Shown here: positions 9,481-18,813 of the stretch, piece after piece
How the letters are laid out: every line of letters begins with the position of its first letter
Position numbering within the stretch: the stretch's first letter is position 1
NCBI GenBank assembly: GCA_903911145.1
Contig: CAIWCD010000013.1
Location: 124,001 to 188,000, forward strand
From: an uncultured delta proteobacterium
Lineage (GTDB): Bacteria; Myxococcota; Myxococcia; Myxococcales; 40CM-4-68-19
Direction: 5' to 3'
Length of the DNA: 64,000 nucleotides
Position numbers and translations under genes: made by a program
Notes under the pieces: model-generated
Database searches by the model: none
What the model saw: only the letters and a program-made list of their open reading frames with translations
Told to the model about the DNA's origin: nothing

Positions 9481-10194
9481 ATGCTCAACGACAAATTCCC
9501 TCGCTTCCGATCCTCGCGCGTGGCGACCTGCTCGCTCGCGCTCGCCATCCTCCTGCCCGCTCTCGCCACAGGGCGCGCTCGCGCCGATGAAGCCCGCTGG
9601 GAGCGCAAGGAGTTCACCTGCAAGGCGCCCGAGAAGGGCTGCTACATCGCGGGCTGCTGCAAGGACATCGACTTCTCGGTCTACGTTCGAGAGAAGGACG
9701 GCACGCCGGTCAAGGAGGTCAAGTCCACGGGCGACATCAACGCGCCTCCTGCGCGCGTGTTCGAAATCGTCTCCGACTACGAGCACCAGGCCGGCAACCT
9801 TCCCTACGTGAAGGATCAGAAAGTATTCAGCCGCACCGAGAACGAAGTGATCTTCTGGACCATCGCGGATTTCCCGATGGTCTCGACGCGCGATTGGGTG
9901 CTGAAGGCCAAGCTCGAGAAGAATTTCGAGGGCGGCAAGTATCGCGTCAGCTGGGAGCCGACTGAATGGAAGGACGCGCCCGCGTCTCCCGAGGGCGTGG
10001 TGCGCCTCAAGGTGAACAGCGGCAACTGGACGCTCGAACCGCTCGATGGCGGAGCCCGCACGCGCGCGACCTACTACCTCTTCACCGATCCGGGTGGCTC
10101 GATCCCCGGCTTCATTGCCAACAAGGCGAACACAGTCGCGCTGCCCGACCTCTTCACTGCGATTCGCAAGCGCTCGACCGCCGCATCGAAGTAG
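9481..10194 (+). CDS. secreted START/SRPBCC-domain protein
   Basis: Signal peptide, then 'DFPMVSTRDWV', 'VVRLKVNSGNWTLEP' and 'TDPGGSIPGFIAN', typical of bacterial START domains. Confidence 0.8.
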   Translation: MLNDKFPRFRSSRVATCSLALAILLPALATGRARADEARWERKEFTCKAPEKGCYIAGCCKDIDFSVYVREKDGTPVKEVKSTGDINAPPARVFEIVSDYEHQAGNLPYVKDQKVFSRTENEVIFWTIADFPMVSTRDWVLKAKLEKNFEGGKYRVSWEPTEWKDAPASPEGVVRLKVNSGNWTLEPLDGGARTRATYYLFTDPGGSIPGFIANKANTVALPDLFTAIRKRSTAASK

Positions 10195-10250
10195 CGGCAA
10201 TCCGCACCAGGCGCGGGTCGCAGTTGCTTCGCTGAATTGGCAAGGCAATC

Positions 10251-10285
10251 ATGAATCGGGGTTCAAGATCTGAATCCCGATTCAT
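10251..10285. terminator. hairpin between convergent genes, probable bidirectional terminator
   Basis: ATGAATCGGGGTTCA-AGATC-TGAATCCCGATTCAT, a 15-bp stem with one G-T pair. Confidence 0.55.
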
Positions 10286-10626
10286 TTCCAGTCGGGCGGC
10301 GGCTGCGGCTCGGGATGCGCGCTGGACGGAACGCGCTTGGGCGGTAACCTCGCCGCGCGCGCCTGGATGTAGAAGACTCCGCAGAGACCAAGCACCATCA
10401 TCACCAGCGTCACGACCAGCAAGCGGCGCCCGTCCTTCTTCTCGTCGACCGCGCTGCCGCGGATCCAGGGCAGCTCATCGGCGCGCTGCCACTGCACCTC
10501 GGGCGGCGCGCCTACGCGGCGCACCTGATCGTCAGCCGCGATGAAGCCGCGCCGATAGAGGACGAGAAACTCCTTCTGGCTCTGAACGACGAGTTCGCCA
10601 CCCGCGTGGCGCACGGCAAGCTTCAT
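10282..10626 (-). CDS. small single-TM hypothetical protein
   Basis: MKLAVRHAGGELVV...W...LPW, then a C-terminal TM segment and Pro-rich tail. The N-domain resembles GYF_2-like 'L...G.I...DQV...W'. TAGATT -10 box 7 nt upstream. Confidence 0.65.
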   Translation of the reverse strand: MKLAVRHAGGELVVQSQKEFLVLYRRGFIAADDQVRRVGAPPEVQWQRADELPWIRGSAVDEKKDGRRLLVVTLVMMVLGLCGVFYIQARAARLPPKRVPSSAHPEPQPPPDWK

Positions 10627-10672
10627 GCGCGGCAATCTACCGCGAGCCCGCCTCGAAACGGCACGACTCCTG

Positions 10673-10836
10673 GTGCGCAGGATTTTGCGCACTGTACGGA
10701 TTCTCAGAGGTGCAGCTGCGTGATCGGTTGCGCAGTTCGACGGGGAGATTCGGCGATCACGATCGTGCCGCCGAGCGTAGCCGACCGAGATGTGTACCTT
10801 TTTACCTTTCACATCGTCGTCGGCAGAGGGCTTGCA
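10673..10836 (+). promoter_or_regulatory. sigma54-dependent promoter with upstream activator sites
   Basis: -24/-12 element CGGCAGAGGGCTTGCA (GG 10822-23, GC 10834-35, N10 spacing). Palindrome GTGCGCA-N6-TGCGCAC at 10673-10692, degenerate copy at 10717-10734, and a T-rich tract near 10795-10812. Confidence 0.65.
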
Positions 10837-10885
10837 GAGGAGTCGCGCCGCGGGTCGCTGTGCATCATCGCAAAGGGGGCACTCA

Positions 10886-11104
10886 ATGTCGGAGAAGGCC
10901 ATGGATTCAGTTGCGCAAGTCGCCGACGTGGTTGCCTCACCGCTCCCGTTCGATCGCGCGGCCGGCGCGCGCATTCTCGCTCGCTCGTTCTACAAAGAGC
11001 TTCGGGCGAGCGGATACACGCCCAAGCAGCTGCTGACGATCTCCACCGAGCTGATTGATCTGATCACCCAGGATCTCGCCACCGAGCGCCGCGGCGCCGC
11101 CTAG
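10886..11104 (+). CDS. small (72 aa) hypothetical helical protein
   Basis: 'ARILARSFYKELRASGYTPKQLLTISTELIDLIT' amphipathic helices. AAGGGGG RBS before ATG 10886; flanked by a promoter and a hairpin. Confidence 0.7.
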   Translation: MSEKAMDSVAQVADVVASPLPFDRAAGARILARSFYKELRASGYTPKQLLTISTELIDLITQDLATERRGAA

Positions 11105-11129
11105 CCTCATCTCGCGCTCTCGTTCATCG

Positions 11130-11163
11130 AAGGCCGCCCCGGCTCCGTGCTGCGGCGGCCTTT
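11130..11163 (+). terminator. probable terminator hairpin after the small gene
   Basis: AAGGCCGCC (11130-38) pairs with GGCGGCCTT (11154-62). Confidence 0.45.
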
Positions 11164-11254
11164 GCCTTGACGCCCTCGAGCAGCGCGGTCTATTTCAGCC
11201 GCGCGTTTTCCCGGCAGCCCGCACGTCTGTGCGCTGCCCACTTGAGGAGGCACC

Positions 11255-12262
11255 ATGGCCCGCTTCGCCATCAACGGATTTGGCCGCATCGGCCGCAACA
11301 TCCTTCGCGCCGCGATCGAGCGCGGGGCAGACTTCGACGTCGCGCTGATCAATGACGTCGACAAGCCGAAGACTCTCGCTCATCTCTTCAAGTACGACTC
11401 CATTCACGGCGTCTTTGCGGGCACGGTCGAGCACACCGACGACGCGCTCATCATCAACGGCAAGCGCATCGCGATCACCGCCATCCGCGACCCCGCGCTG
11501 CTCCCGCACAAGCAGTACGGAATTGACGTCGCGCTCGAGTGCTCGGGCCGCTTCACCGCGCGCGCCGACGCCGAGAAGCACCTCGTCGCTGGAGCGAAGA
11601 AGGTGCTCATCTCCGCGCCAGGCAAGGGCCAGGACTTCACCCTCGCGCTCGGCATCAACCAGGAGAAGTACGATCCGGCGAAGCACCACGTGCTCTCGAA
11701 CGCGAGCTGCACGACCAACTGCCTCGCGCCCGTTTGCAAAGTCCTGCTCGCGGAGTTCGGCATCGAGCGCGGCTTCATGACGACCGTGCACAGCTACACG
11801 AGCGATCAGCGCCTGCATGATCTCCCGCACGAGGATCTGCGGCGTGCGCGCGCGGCGACGCTCTCGATGATTCCGAGCAGCACCGGCGCGGCCAAGGCGA
11901 TTCACGAGGTGATCCCCGAGCTCAAGGGCAAGCTCTCGGGAACGTCGATTCGCGTGCCGACGCCGAACGTCTCGCTGGTCGATCTCACCGTCGAGCTCTC
12001 GAAGGCCACCGACGCGGCGGCAATCAACGCGGCATTCAAGGCGGCAGCAAGCGGCGCGCTCAAGGGCGTGCTCGCCTACAACGACGAGATGACCGTCTCG
12101 ATCGACTACAACGGCAATCCGCACTCGGCGATCTTCGACTCGACGCAGACCGCGGTGGCCGAGGGCGGGAAGCTCGCCAAGGTCTTCGCCTGGTACGACA
12201 ACGAATGGGGCTTCTCGAACCGCATGATCGACGTCGGCCTCCTGGTGGCGAGCAAGCTGTGA
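11255..12262 (+). CDS. gap: glyceraldehyde-3-phosphate dehydrogenase type I
   Basis: 'INGFGRIGR', 'ASCTTNCLAP' and 'WYDNEWGFS'. GAGGAGG RBS. Confidence 0.98.
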   Translation: MARFAINGFGRIGRNILRAAIERGADFDVALINDVDKPKTLAHLFKYDSIHGVFAGTVEHTDDALIINGKRIAITAIRDPALLPHKQYGIDVALECSGRFTARADAEKHLVAGAKKVLISAPGKGQDFTLALGINQEKYDPAKHHVLSNASCTTNCLAPVCKVLLAEFGIERGFMTTVHSYTSDQRLHDLPHEDLRRARAATLSMIPSSTGAAKAIHEVIPELKGKLSGTSIRVPTPNVSLVDLTVELSKATDAAAINAAFKAAASGALKGVLAYNDEMTVSIDYNGNPHSAIFDSTQTAVAEGGKLAKVFAWYDNEWGFSNRMIDVGLLVASKL

Positions 12263-12276
12263 GCGGCGCGCACGGC

Positions 12277-13461
12277 ATGATTCGCTCGATCCGCGAGCTC
12301 GATCTCGCGGGCAAGCGGCTCTTCATCCGCGTCGACTTCAACGTGCCGCTCGACAAGAAGACCGGCGCGGTGAAGGACGACGCGCGCATCCGTGCGGCCA
12401 TTCCGACGATCGCGCTCGCACGGGCCGCGGGCGCAAAAATCATCCTCGCCTCGCATCTCGGTCGGCCCGATGGCGCGGTCGTTCCGGCGCTCTCGCTCAA
12501 GCCCGTCGCTGCCCGGCTCGCGCAGCTGCTCGGCGCGCCGGTGCAATCGGCGGACGATTGCGTCGGCGAAGCCGTGCAGGCGCAAGTCGCGAAGCTCGCC
12601 GGCGGTGACGTGCTCCTCCTCGAGAATCTTCGCTTTCATGCCGAGGAGGAGGAGAACGGTGAGGCCTTCTCACGCGCGCTCGCGTCGCTCTGCGATGTCT
12701 ACGTGGACGACGCGTTCGGCACCGCGCACCGCGCACACGCGTCGACCGCAGGGATGGTCGCGCACGTCGCGCAGAAGGGCATGGGCCTGCTCGTCGCACA
12801 GGAACTCAAGCATCTGCGTCCGCTCCTCGAGAATCCGCCGCAGCCGTACATCGCGGTGCTCGGCGGCGCGAAGGTCTCCGACAAGATCAAGGTGATCGAT
12901 CAACTGCTCGGCAAGGTCGATGCGCTGCTCGTCGGCGGCGCGATGGCCTACACGTTTCTTGCCGCGCAGAAGATCGCCATCGGTGGCTCGCGCGTCGAAT
13001 TGGACAAGCTGGACGTGGCTCTGCGCATTCTGGAGAAAGCGAAGAGTGCAAACGTGCAGGTGCTGCTTCCGATCGATCACGTCGTCGCGGCCGATCTGAA
13101 GAGCACGTCGGGCGAGGTGCAGAGCGTCGTCGCGGAGAAGATGCTCGGGCTCGACATCGGACCGAAGACGGCTGCGCTCTTTGCCGAGCAGATCATCGGC
13201 GCGAAGACGATTTTCTGGAACGGTCCGATGGGCCTCTTCGAGACGCCCGCGTTCGCAGCCGGAACGAAGGCAGTCGCAGACGCGATGGTGCGCGCGACCG
13301 CGCTGGGCGCGCTCACTGTGGTCGGGGGCGGCGACAGCGCCGCGGCGATCGCGCAGCTCGGCCTCGCGGAAAAAGTCAGCCACGTCTCGACCGGCGGCGG
13401 CGCGGCGCTCGAACTCCTCGAAGGACGCGAACTCCCGGGCGTCACCGCGCTCGAGCAGTAG
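12277..13461 (+). CDS. pgk: phosphoglycerate kinase
   Basis: 'RVDFNVP', 'SHLGRP', 'LLENLRF', 'GGAKVSDKI', 'WNGPMG' and 'HVSTGGGA'. Confidence 0.98.
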   Translation: MIRSIRELDLAGKRLFIRVDFNVPLDKKTGAVKDDARIRAAIPTIALARAAGAKIILASHLGRPDGAVVPALSLKPVAARLAQLLGAPVQSADDCVGEAVQAQVAKLAGGDVLLLENLRFHAEEEENGEAFSRALASLCDVYVDDAFGTAHRAHASTAGMVAHVAQKGMGLLVAQELKHLRPLLENPPQPYIAVLGGAKVSDKIKVIDQLLGKVDALLVGGAMAYTFLAAQKIAIGGSRVELDKLDVALRILEKAKSANVQVLLPIDHVVAADLKSTSGEVQSVVAEKMLGLDIGPKTAALFAEQIIGAKTIFWNGPMGLFETPAFAAGTKAVADAMVRATALGALTVVGGGDSAAAIAQLGLAEKVSHVSTGGGAALELLEGRELPGVTALEQ

Positions 13462-13503
13462 ACGTTCCCGTCGTCGACTCACTCACTGCAACAGGAGGCA
13501 CCG

Positions 13504-14268
13504 ATGACGCGCCGGAAGTTCATCTGCGGCAACTGGAAGATGTTCAAGACGGGCGCCGAGGCCGCGCAGCTGGTGCGTGAACTGCGCACGCGCCTGTCGG
13601 AGAGCGGCGTGCAGATCGCAATCGCGCCGCCGTTCACTGCGCTCGAGAGCGCGCACGCAGCGCTCGCCGGGTCGCACCTGCAGCTCTACGCGCAGAACTG
13701 CCACTTCGAGAAGCAGGGCGCGTTCACCGGCGAGATCGCAGCGCCGATGCTCGAGGCGATCTCCTGCCACGGCGTCATCCTCGGACACAGCGAGCGGCGC
13801 ACGCTCTTCGCGGAAGACGACGCGCTGGTGAACAAGAAGCTGCGCGCGGTCCTCGACACGCGCCTCGCCGCGATCGTCTGCATCGGCGAAACGCTCTCCG
13901 AGCGCGAAGCGAATCGTACCTGGGAGGTCGTCTCCCGCCAGGTCCGCGGCGCGCTCTCCGGAATCAGCAGCGAGCAGCTCTCGCGCATCACGCTCGCCTA
14001 CGAGCCGGTCTGGGCGATCGGCACGGGACGCAACGCGACGGCGGCGCAGGCGCAGGAGGTCCACGCGCAGATTCGCGGACTCGTGCGTGAGCTCTACTCC
14101 GCGCCGGCAGCGGACGCGATGCGCATCCAGTACGGAGGCAGCGTCAAGCCCGAGAACGCGGCGGAGCTGCTCGGCCAGCCCGACGTCGACGGTGCACTCG
14201 TCGGTGGCGCGAGCCTCAAGGCCGACGATTTCGCGCGCATCATCGCCGGCGCAAAGCTGACCATATAG
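13504..14268 (+). CDS. tpiA: triosephosphate isomerase
   Basis: 'GNWKM', 'GHSERR', '[11 protein letters not shown]', 'YGGSVK' and 'LVGGASL'. Confidence 0.98.
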   Translation: MTRRKFICGNWKMFKTGAEAAQLVRELRTRLSESGVQIAIAPPFTALESAHAALAGSHLQLYAQNCHFEKQGAFTGEIAAPMLEAISCHGVILGHSERRTLFAEDDALVNKKLRAVLDTRLAAIVCIGETLSEREANRTWEVVSRQVRGALSGISSEQLSRITLAYEPVWAIGTGRNATAAQAQEVHAQIRGLVRELYSAPAADAMRIQYGGSVKPENAAELLGQPDVDGALVGGASLKADDFARIIAGAKLTI

Positions 14269-14294
14269 TCACTGTTTCAGGAGCCGCACGACAC

Positions 14295-15356
14295 ATGCCC
14301 GAGAACAATGAGCAGGCGATCCGCGAAGCCCTCGCCTCGCGAGATTCTGTCAGGCTCGCCCGCGCCGCCGGCAGTGAGATCGGCGCGCTCAAGGCAGCCG
14401 AGGATGTGATCGACGCGCGCTCGAAGGCGGAGAGCAAGCCGAGCAGGATCGCCCTCGCGAGCCAGGCTCTGGTCGGGTGGCTCGCGCTCATCGGCGTCGC
14501 GCTGAACGTCGTGCAGATGTACGCGAACCACAAGCAGTACGATGAGTCGCGCGCTGCCGATCAGCAGCGTTGGCAACTCGAGTTCAAGCGCTCGCAAGAG
14601 GCCGACAAGCACGCCGCGTTTCTTCAAGTCTCGACGATGATCACCGACTCGATCGTCGATCGTCGGCTCCTCGGCTACGCGCTCATCGGCGAGTTCATGG
14701 GGGACAAGGAGTATTACGACAAGGCGCAGTTGATGCTGAGCGAGCGGCTCGGTGCCGAGGCCGGCGCAAAGGATTTCGACGAGGCCCATCGCAACGCGCT
14801 GCGCGTGATCGTTCGCACGCTCTCGCAGACGAAAGATTGCGTCGCGCTCATCCGCGGCGCGAGCAGCATCCACAAGCTGCGCAATGCGCGCGACGCGCAG
14901 CTCAACGGCGACGACGGCATCTCGACGCCGGTCGAAGATCTCTACGCCGATTTCGTGCGCTTCATCTACGGACGCGCGCTTCTCGTCTGCGCCGGCAAGG
15001 ACGATGAGATCCGGCTCGTCCGCAACGAAGTACGCTCGGCGATGATCCCGCTGATGAAGGGCGAGACGCCGAAAGAGAAGTCGATCGCAGCGAACAAGAT
15101 CATCGCCCAGTACATGCGCGATCGCTGCCTCGATGAGCCGCAAGGTGCGGCGAGCGAGTGCCCGGCGATTTTCGACTCCTTCGTGAAGCGCTGCGACTTC
15201 ATCCAGAAGGCGAAGCCGGATGAGTGGGCGGCGGAGAAGGAAGGCTGCGCGGTCGCGGCAACGGCGAGAACGTCGGTGCTCGAGCACGCCCATGCAGCAG
15301 CGGCGGCCGAGGCGCGCGAGGCCGCAATCCCAGTCGACACCACGACGCACCAGTAG
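14295..15356 (+). CDS. hypothetical single-TM protein with a helical, six-Cys C-terminal region
   Basis: 353-aa ORF with normal codon usage and AGGAG RBS. TM segment 'LVGWLALIGVALNVVQMY'. No recognisable family. Confidence 0.75.
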   Translation: MPENNEQAIREALASRDSVRLARAAGSEIGALKAAEDVIDARSKAESKPSRIALASQALVGWLALIGVALNVVQMYANHKQYDESRAADQQRWQLEFKRSQEADKHAAFLQVSTMITDSIVDRRLLGYALIGEFMGDKEYYDKAQLMLSERLGAEAGAKDFDEAHRNALRVIVRTLSQTKDCVALIRGASSIHKLRNARDAQLNGDDGISTPVEDLYADFVRFIYGRALLVCAGKDDEIRLVRNEVRSAMIPLMKGETPKEKSIAANKIIAQYMRDRCLDEPQGAASECPAIFDSFVKRCDFIQKAKPDEWAAEKEGCAVAATARTSVLEHAHAAAAAEAREAAIPVDTTTHQ

Positions 15357-15404
15357 TTCGAGTTCGCTCGCACGCGGCGCCCACCGAGCGCGTCGTGCGC
15401 GGCC

Positions 15405-16328
15405 TCAGCTCCAGTGCTTGCAGATCGAGCGGAGCGGACAGCCGACGCACTTGCTCTCGTCGCGCCTCGATGGGCAGCTGCCGCTGATGCCGAGATGCGA
15501 GAGCGAAAAATCGAAGCGCACGGGGTCGATTGGATCGAGCGCACGCAGGCGTGACGTGATCTCTTCGGCGGTACGCCAGGAGAGATCCGTTCTGCTCGTG
15601 AGTCCGACCAGCCCGGCGATGCGATGCACATGCGTGTCGAGCGGGATCACCAGCGCAGCAGCGGGAATGTCTCTCCAGAGACCGAAGTCGACGCCGTCGG
15701 GGCCGCGCACCATCCAGCGCAGAAAGAGATTGAGCCGCTTGCAGGCTGAGCCGCGCGCGGGATGCGGAAGCAGATGCTTCAGACGGCGGCTCGTCGGACC
15801 CGAATCGTTGGTGGTCAACGCATCGACGAACAGCCCGAGCGCGCCGCGGATGGTCGGCTCGCCCGCGGACTGGAACATCCTCGCGAACGCGGCCCCCAGT
15901 GTTCCGTGTTCGCGCGCGAGCCGCCCCGCGCCCGCGAGCAGCGCTGCGACCTCGGCAGGTCCGGTCATGCGATAGGAAAAACCGCGACAGAGCGCGAGCA
16001 GCTGTTTCGATGACCGATCGCGCGCGACCGCTCCAGGAGCGGCCCCCAGCGACTTCAGCAGCGCCGCGAGCCGAGGTTTGAAGAGATCGACGCGCCCATA
16101 GGCGAGGGCCGCGGAGAGCAGCGCGGCCACCTCGATGTCGAGCGGATCGCGATAGCGATGAGGCAACTCGATCGGATCTCCGGCGATGCGCGCCGCCACG
16201 TTCGTCGAGTTGATGAGGGCTTGCAGTCGCGGACCGACGACGCCAGCACGCGCGAACGGGAGAGCCGCGCCAGGAGCGGACTGGCGACTCGACGCCCTCC
16301 CCGGAGCGCGCTTGGTGATGCGACTCAA
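15405..16328 (-). CDS. TIGR02757 family protein (HhH-GPD-like) with C-terminal 4-Cys Fe-S-type motif
   Basis: 'DPIELPHRY..P.DIEVAALL.A.LAYG', 'SACKRLNLFLRWMVR', 'IPLDTHV' and 'DP.DPVRFDFSL', ending 'CPSRRDESKCVGCPLRSIC'. A TTG start overlapping the upstream TGA is assumed. Confidence 0.85.
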   Translation of the reverse strand: MSRITKRAPGRASSRQSAPGAALPFARAGVVGPRLQALINSTNVAARIAGDPIELPHRYRDPLDIEVAALLSAALAYGRVDLFKPRLAALLKSLGAAPGAVARDRSSKQLLALCRGFSYRMTGPAEVAALLAGAGRLAREHGTLGAAFARMFQSAGEPTIRGALGLFVDALTTNDSGPTSRRLKHLLPHPARGSACKRLNLFLRWMVRGPDGVDFGLWRDIPAAALVIPLDTHVHRIAGLVGLTSRTDLSWRTAEEITSRLRALDPIDPVRFDFSLSHLGISGSCPSRRDESKCVGCPLRSICKHWS

Positions 16329-17053
16329 CGAGACAGTTCCGCGAGCAGATGCGTGAGTTCGGGAAAGATCAGCCGCTCGCACGCGAGCCGCACTGCGCTT
16401 GGACTTCCGGGCATCGCGAAGATCAAGAGCCCATCGGCGCGCACGCCCGCGATCGCGCGCGAGAGCATCGCGGCGCTGCCGATCTCTGCGTAGCTCAGCG
16501 CACGAAACAGCTCGCCGAACCCCGGCAGCGGCCGCGCGATCTGTTGCGAGATCGCCTCGAACGTCGCGTCTCTCGAGGAGAGCCCGGTCCCGCCGGTGAT
16601 CAGCACGACCTGTGCGCGCGCCTCTTTCGCCTCGTCGAGCGCATGCAGAATGAGCGCTGGCTCATCGCGCACGATCCGCGAACCTGAATGCACATGCCCA
16701 CGCTCGGCCATCGCCGCGCGCAGCCAGAGGCCACCCTCGTCTGTTGCTTCCGTGCGCGTGTCCGAGCAGGTGATCACGAAAACCTGCGCGTAGCGCGGCC
16801 CGCGTGCCCGATGCTCCTCTGCAATCCGCCCCGCGAGCGCCGCCGCCTCGTGCGTGTGCGCCGCGCCAGGCCTCAGCGGCCGCACCTGCGCGCTGTCCTG
16901 CGGCGCCTCGTGCGCGAGCCCGCTCACGAACGCGTGCAGCGGATGTGTCGCGTCGGAATGAGGCGCCGCGGGAACGCGCGCTCGCTCGCTGTGCCGCACC
17001 GGCGCGTGCGGATGTGGATGCTCATGCGGATGGTCGTGATCGTCGTGCCCCAT
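16325..17053 (-). CDS. moaB: MogA/MoaB molybdenum cofactor biosynthesis protein with His-rich N-terminal extension
   Basis: 'VITCSDTR', 'IVRDE', 'ITGGTGLSSRD', 'PGFGELFR', 'AMLSRA' and 'MPGSP'. Confidence 0.9.
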   Translation of the reverse strand: MGHDDHDHPHEHPHPHAPVRHSERARVPAAPHSDATHPLHAFVSGLAHEAPQDSAQVRPLRPGAAHTHEAAALAGRIAEEHRARGPRYAQVFVITCSDTRTEATDEGGLWLRAAMAERGHVHSGSRIVRDEPALILHALDEAKEARAQVVLITGGTGLSSRDATFEAISQQIARPLPGFGELFRALSYAEIGSAAMLSRAIAGVRADGLLIFAMPGSPSAVRLACERLIFPELTHLLAELSR

Positions 17054-17056
17054 CGT

Positions 17057-17410
17057 TCACTCTCCTCCGAGCCGCAGCAGCGCGCGCCCCGCCTCGAGCC
17101 GCACCGCATGGCACGGCTGATCCTCGCAGAGCCGCGGCCAGGTGATGTTCTTCCCCGTCTTCAAATCAAATTCGATCTCGTGGCATGGGCAGACGACAGA
17201 ACTCTTCTTCGCGTCGATCCATCCGGTCGAGAGCAGACAGCCCGCGTGGTTGCACATGTCGTCAAGCGCCGACAGCTCGCCCGCATGGCGGACCAGCAAC
17301 ACCGGGCGGCCATCGATCTCCAGAGCGCGCAACTCGCCCTCGCCGACATCATCAGGACCGAGGTCGATCCAACCGTCCGTCACGCGCCCCGCCTGCTTCT
17401 CATCGCTCAT
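17057..17410 (-). CDS. Rieske [2Fe-2S] ferredoxin
   Basis: CNH...CPCH Rieske motif ('DMCNHAGCLLS', 'VVCPCHEIEFDLKTG'). Confidence 0.9.
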   Translation of the reverse strand: MSDEKQAGRVTDGWIDLGPDDVGEGELRALEIDGRPVLLVRHAGELSALDDMCNHAGCLLSTGWIDAKKSSVVCPCHEIEFDLKTGKNITWPRLCEDQPCHAVRLEAGRALLRLGGE

Positions 17411-17557
17411 GGAGTCAACGCTAACGCCAAATCGCACGCGCTGGATCACGGATCTCTTTTTCGCCGAGGGAATGCGCCGCACGTGCAGAACGGTTTGACC
17501 CAGGAGCCGCTTCTCGCCTACACCGCACTTCCTCTGCCGCCCTCTGGAGCGCCGCGC

Positions 17558-18034
17558 ATGCGCACTCAGTCTGCTTCCCTCCCGTGTCTCGCCCTGCTCG
17601 CCGCGCTCGCGGCGTGCACCCCTTCGACCATCCCCGGCACGCAGATCTCGGACACGCAGGACAACCGGGCCGTGCTCGATGTGCTCGGCAAGTACCAGTC
17701 GGCCGCGCAGGCGCTCGACTCGGACGGCCTCTTCGCTCTCGCCTCGCAGCACTACTTCGACAAGAGCTTCATGGCCCGCGGCCGCTCGCCAGTCGACTAC
17801 ACGCATCTGCAGAAGATGCTCTCCGACAAGTTCGGGCACCTCAAGGCGCTCAAGCTCGAGATCACCATCAAGGACGTCAGGGTCAAGGGCAACGACGCCG
17901 AGGTCGACTATTTCATGGTGATGCATTTCTCCATCGCGGAGTCGGCGGGCGAGAAGTGGTTCAGCGAGAGCGACGACGAGCGGATGGTTCTCGCGCGCGA
18001 AGACAAGGCGTGGAAGGTGATGTCGGGTCTGTAG
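17558..18034 (+). CDS. lipoprotein, NTF2/SnoaL-like
   Basis: Lipobox 'LAAC', then an NTF2-like pattern ending 'MVLAREDKAWKVMSGL'. Confidence 0.7.
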   Translation: MRTQSASLPCLALLAALAACTPSTIPGTQISDTQDNRAVLDVLGKYQSAAQALDSDGLFALASQHYFDKSFMARGRSPVDYTHLQKMLSDKFGHLKALKLEITIKDVRVKGNDAEVDYFMVMHFSIAESAGEKWFSESDDERMVLAREDKAWKVMSGL

Positions 18035-18060
18035 CCGCAAGCCGTCCCTGCGATCTCCTC

Positions 18061-18813
18061 ATGGCGCACCATCGAACTCCCTACGCGCGCGCGGGCGCGC
18101 CCGGTGCGCCGTCTCTTGCGCGCGTGCGGGTCGTGCTCATGCGCACGCGCAATCCGCAGAATCTCGGCGCGGCGGCAAGGGCGCTGCGCTGCGCGGGGAT
18201 CACGCGCTGGACGCTGGTCGATCCGCTCTGCGACACCGATGATCCGGAGGCGACGCGCGTCGCCGTGCGCGCCGAGGGACTGCTGCAACTCGCGCGCGTC
18301 GAAAACACGCTCGCCGATGCGGTGCGCGGCTGCCAACTGACTCTCGCCGCAACCGCGCGACCACGATTTTCGCGGCCGGGGATCGCGCCGAAAGAGGCTG
18401 CGCGGCGGATGATCGCGAGCCCTGGCGAAGTCGCGATCGTCTTCGGCGACGAGCAGAATGGTCTGCATGCCGACGAGGTCGCGCAACTCGACCAGGTCAC
18501 GACGATGCACTCCGCCCCTGAGCAGCCGAGCTGGAATCTCGCGCAGGCGGTGGCGATCTACGCGCACGAACTTCGTGGCGCCGCGATCGAGGCGGAAGAG
18601 CGCCCTTCCGAGGAGCGCGAGGCTGATCCAGCGCGAATGGCCGCGGTCAGTCGCGCGCTTGGCAGTGCGCTGCACGCGCTCGAACGCCCACGCACACAGC
18701 ATCGTCTCTTCCCCGCGCTGGAGCGCGCCCGCTTGTCTGCGCGAGAGGCGCTGGTCTGGGTCGCGGTCCTCGAGCGCATCCGACGTGCCTTCGCTGCGCG
18801 CGACGAGAAATAA
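18061..18813 (+). CDS. SPOUT RNA methyltransferase, TrmJ/LasT-like
   Basis: 'VVLMRTRNPQNLGAAARA', 'IVFGDEQNGL' and 'SWNLAQAVAIYAHEL'. Confidence 0.88.
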   Translation: MAHHRTPYARAGAPGAPSLARVRVVLMRTRNPQNLGAAARALRCAGITRWTLVDPLCDTDDPEATRVAVRAEGLLQLARVENTLADAVRGCQLTLAATARPRFSRPGIAPKEAARRMIASPGEVAIVFGDEQNGLHADEVAQLDQVTTMHSAPEQPSWNLAQAVAIYAHELRGAAIEAEERPSEEREADPARMAAVSRALGSALHALERPRTQHRLFPALERARLSAREALVWVAVLERIRRAFAARDEK

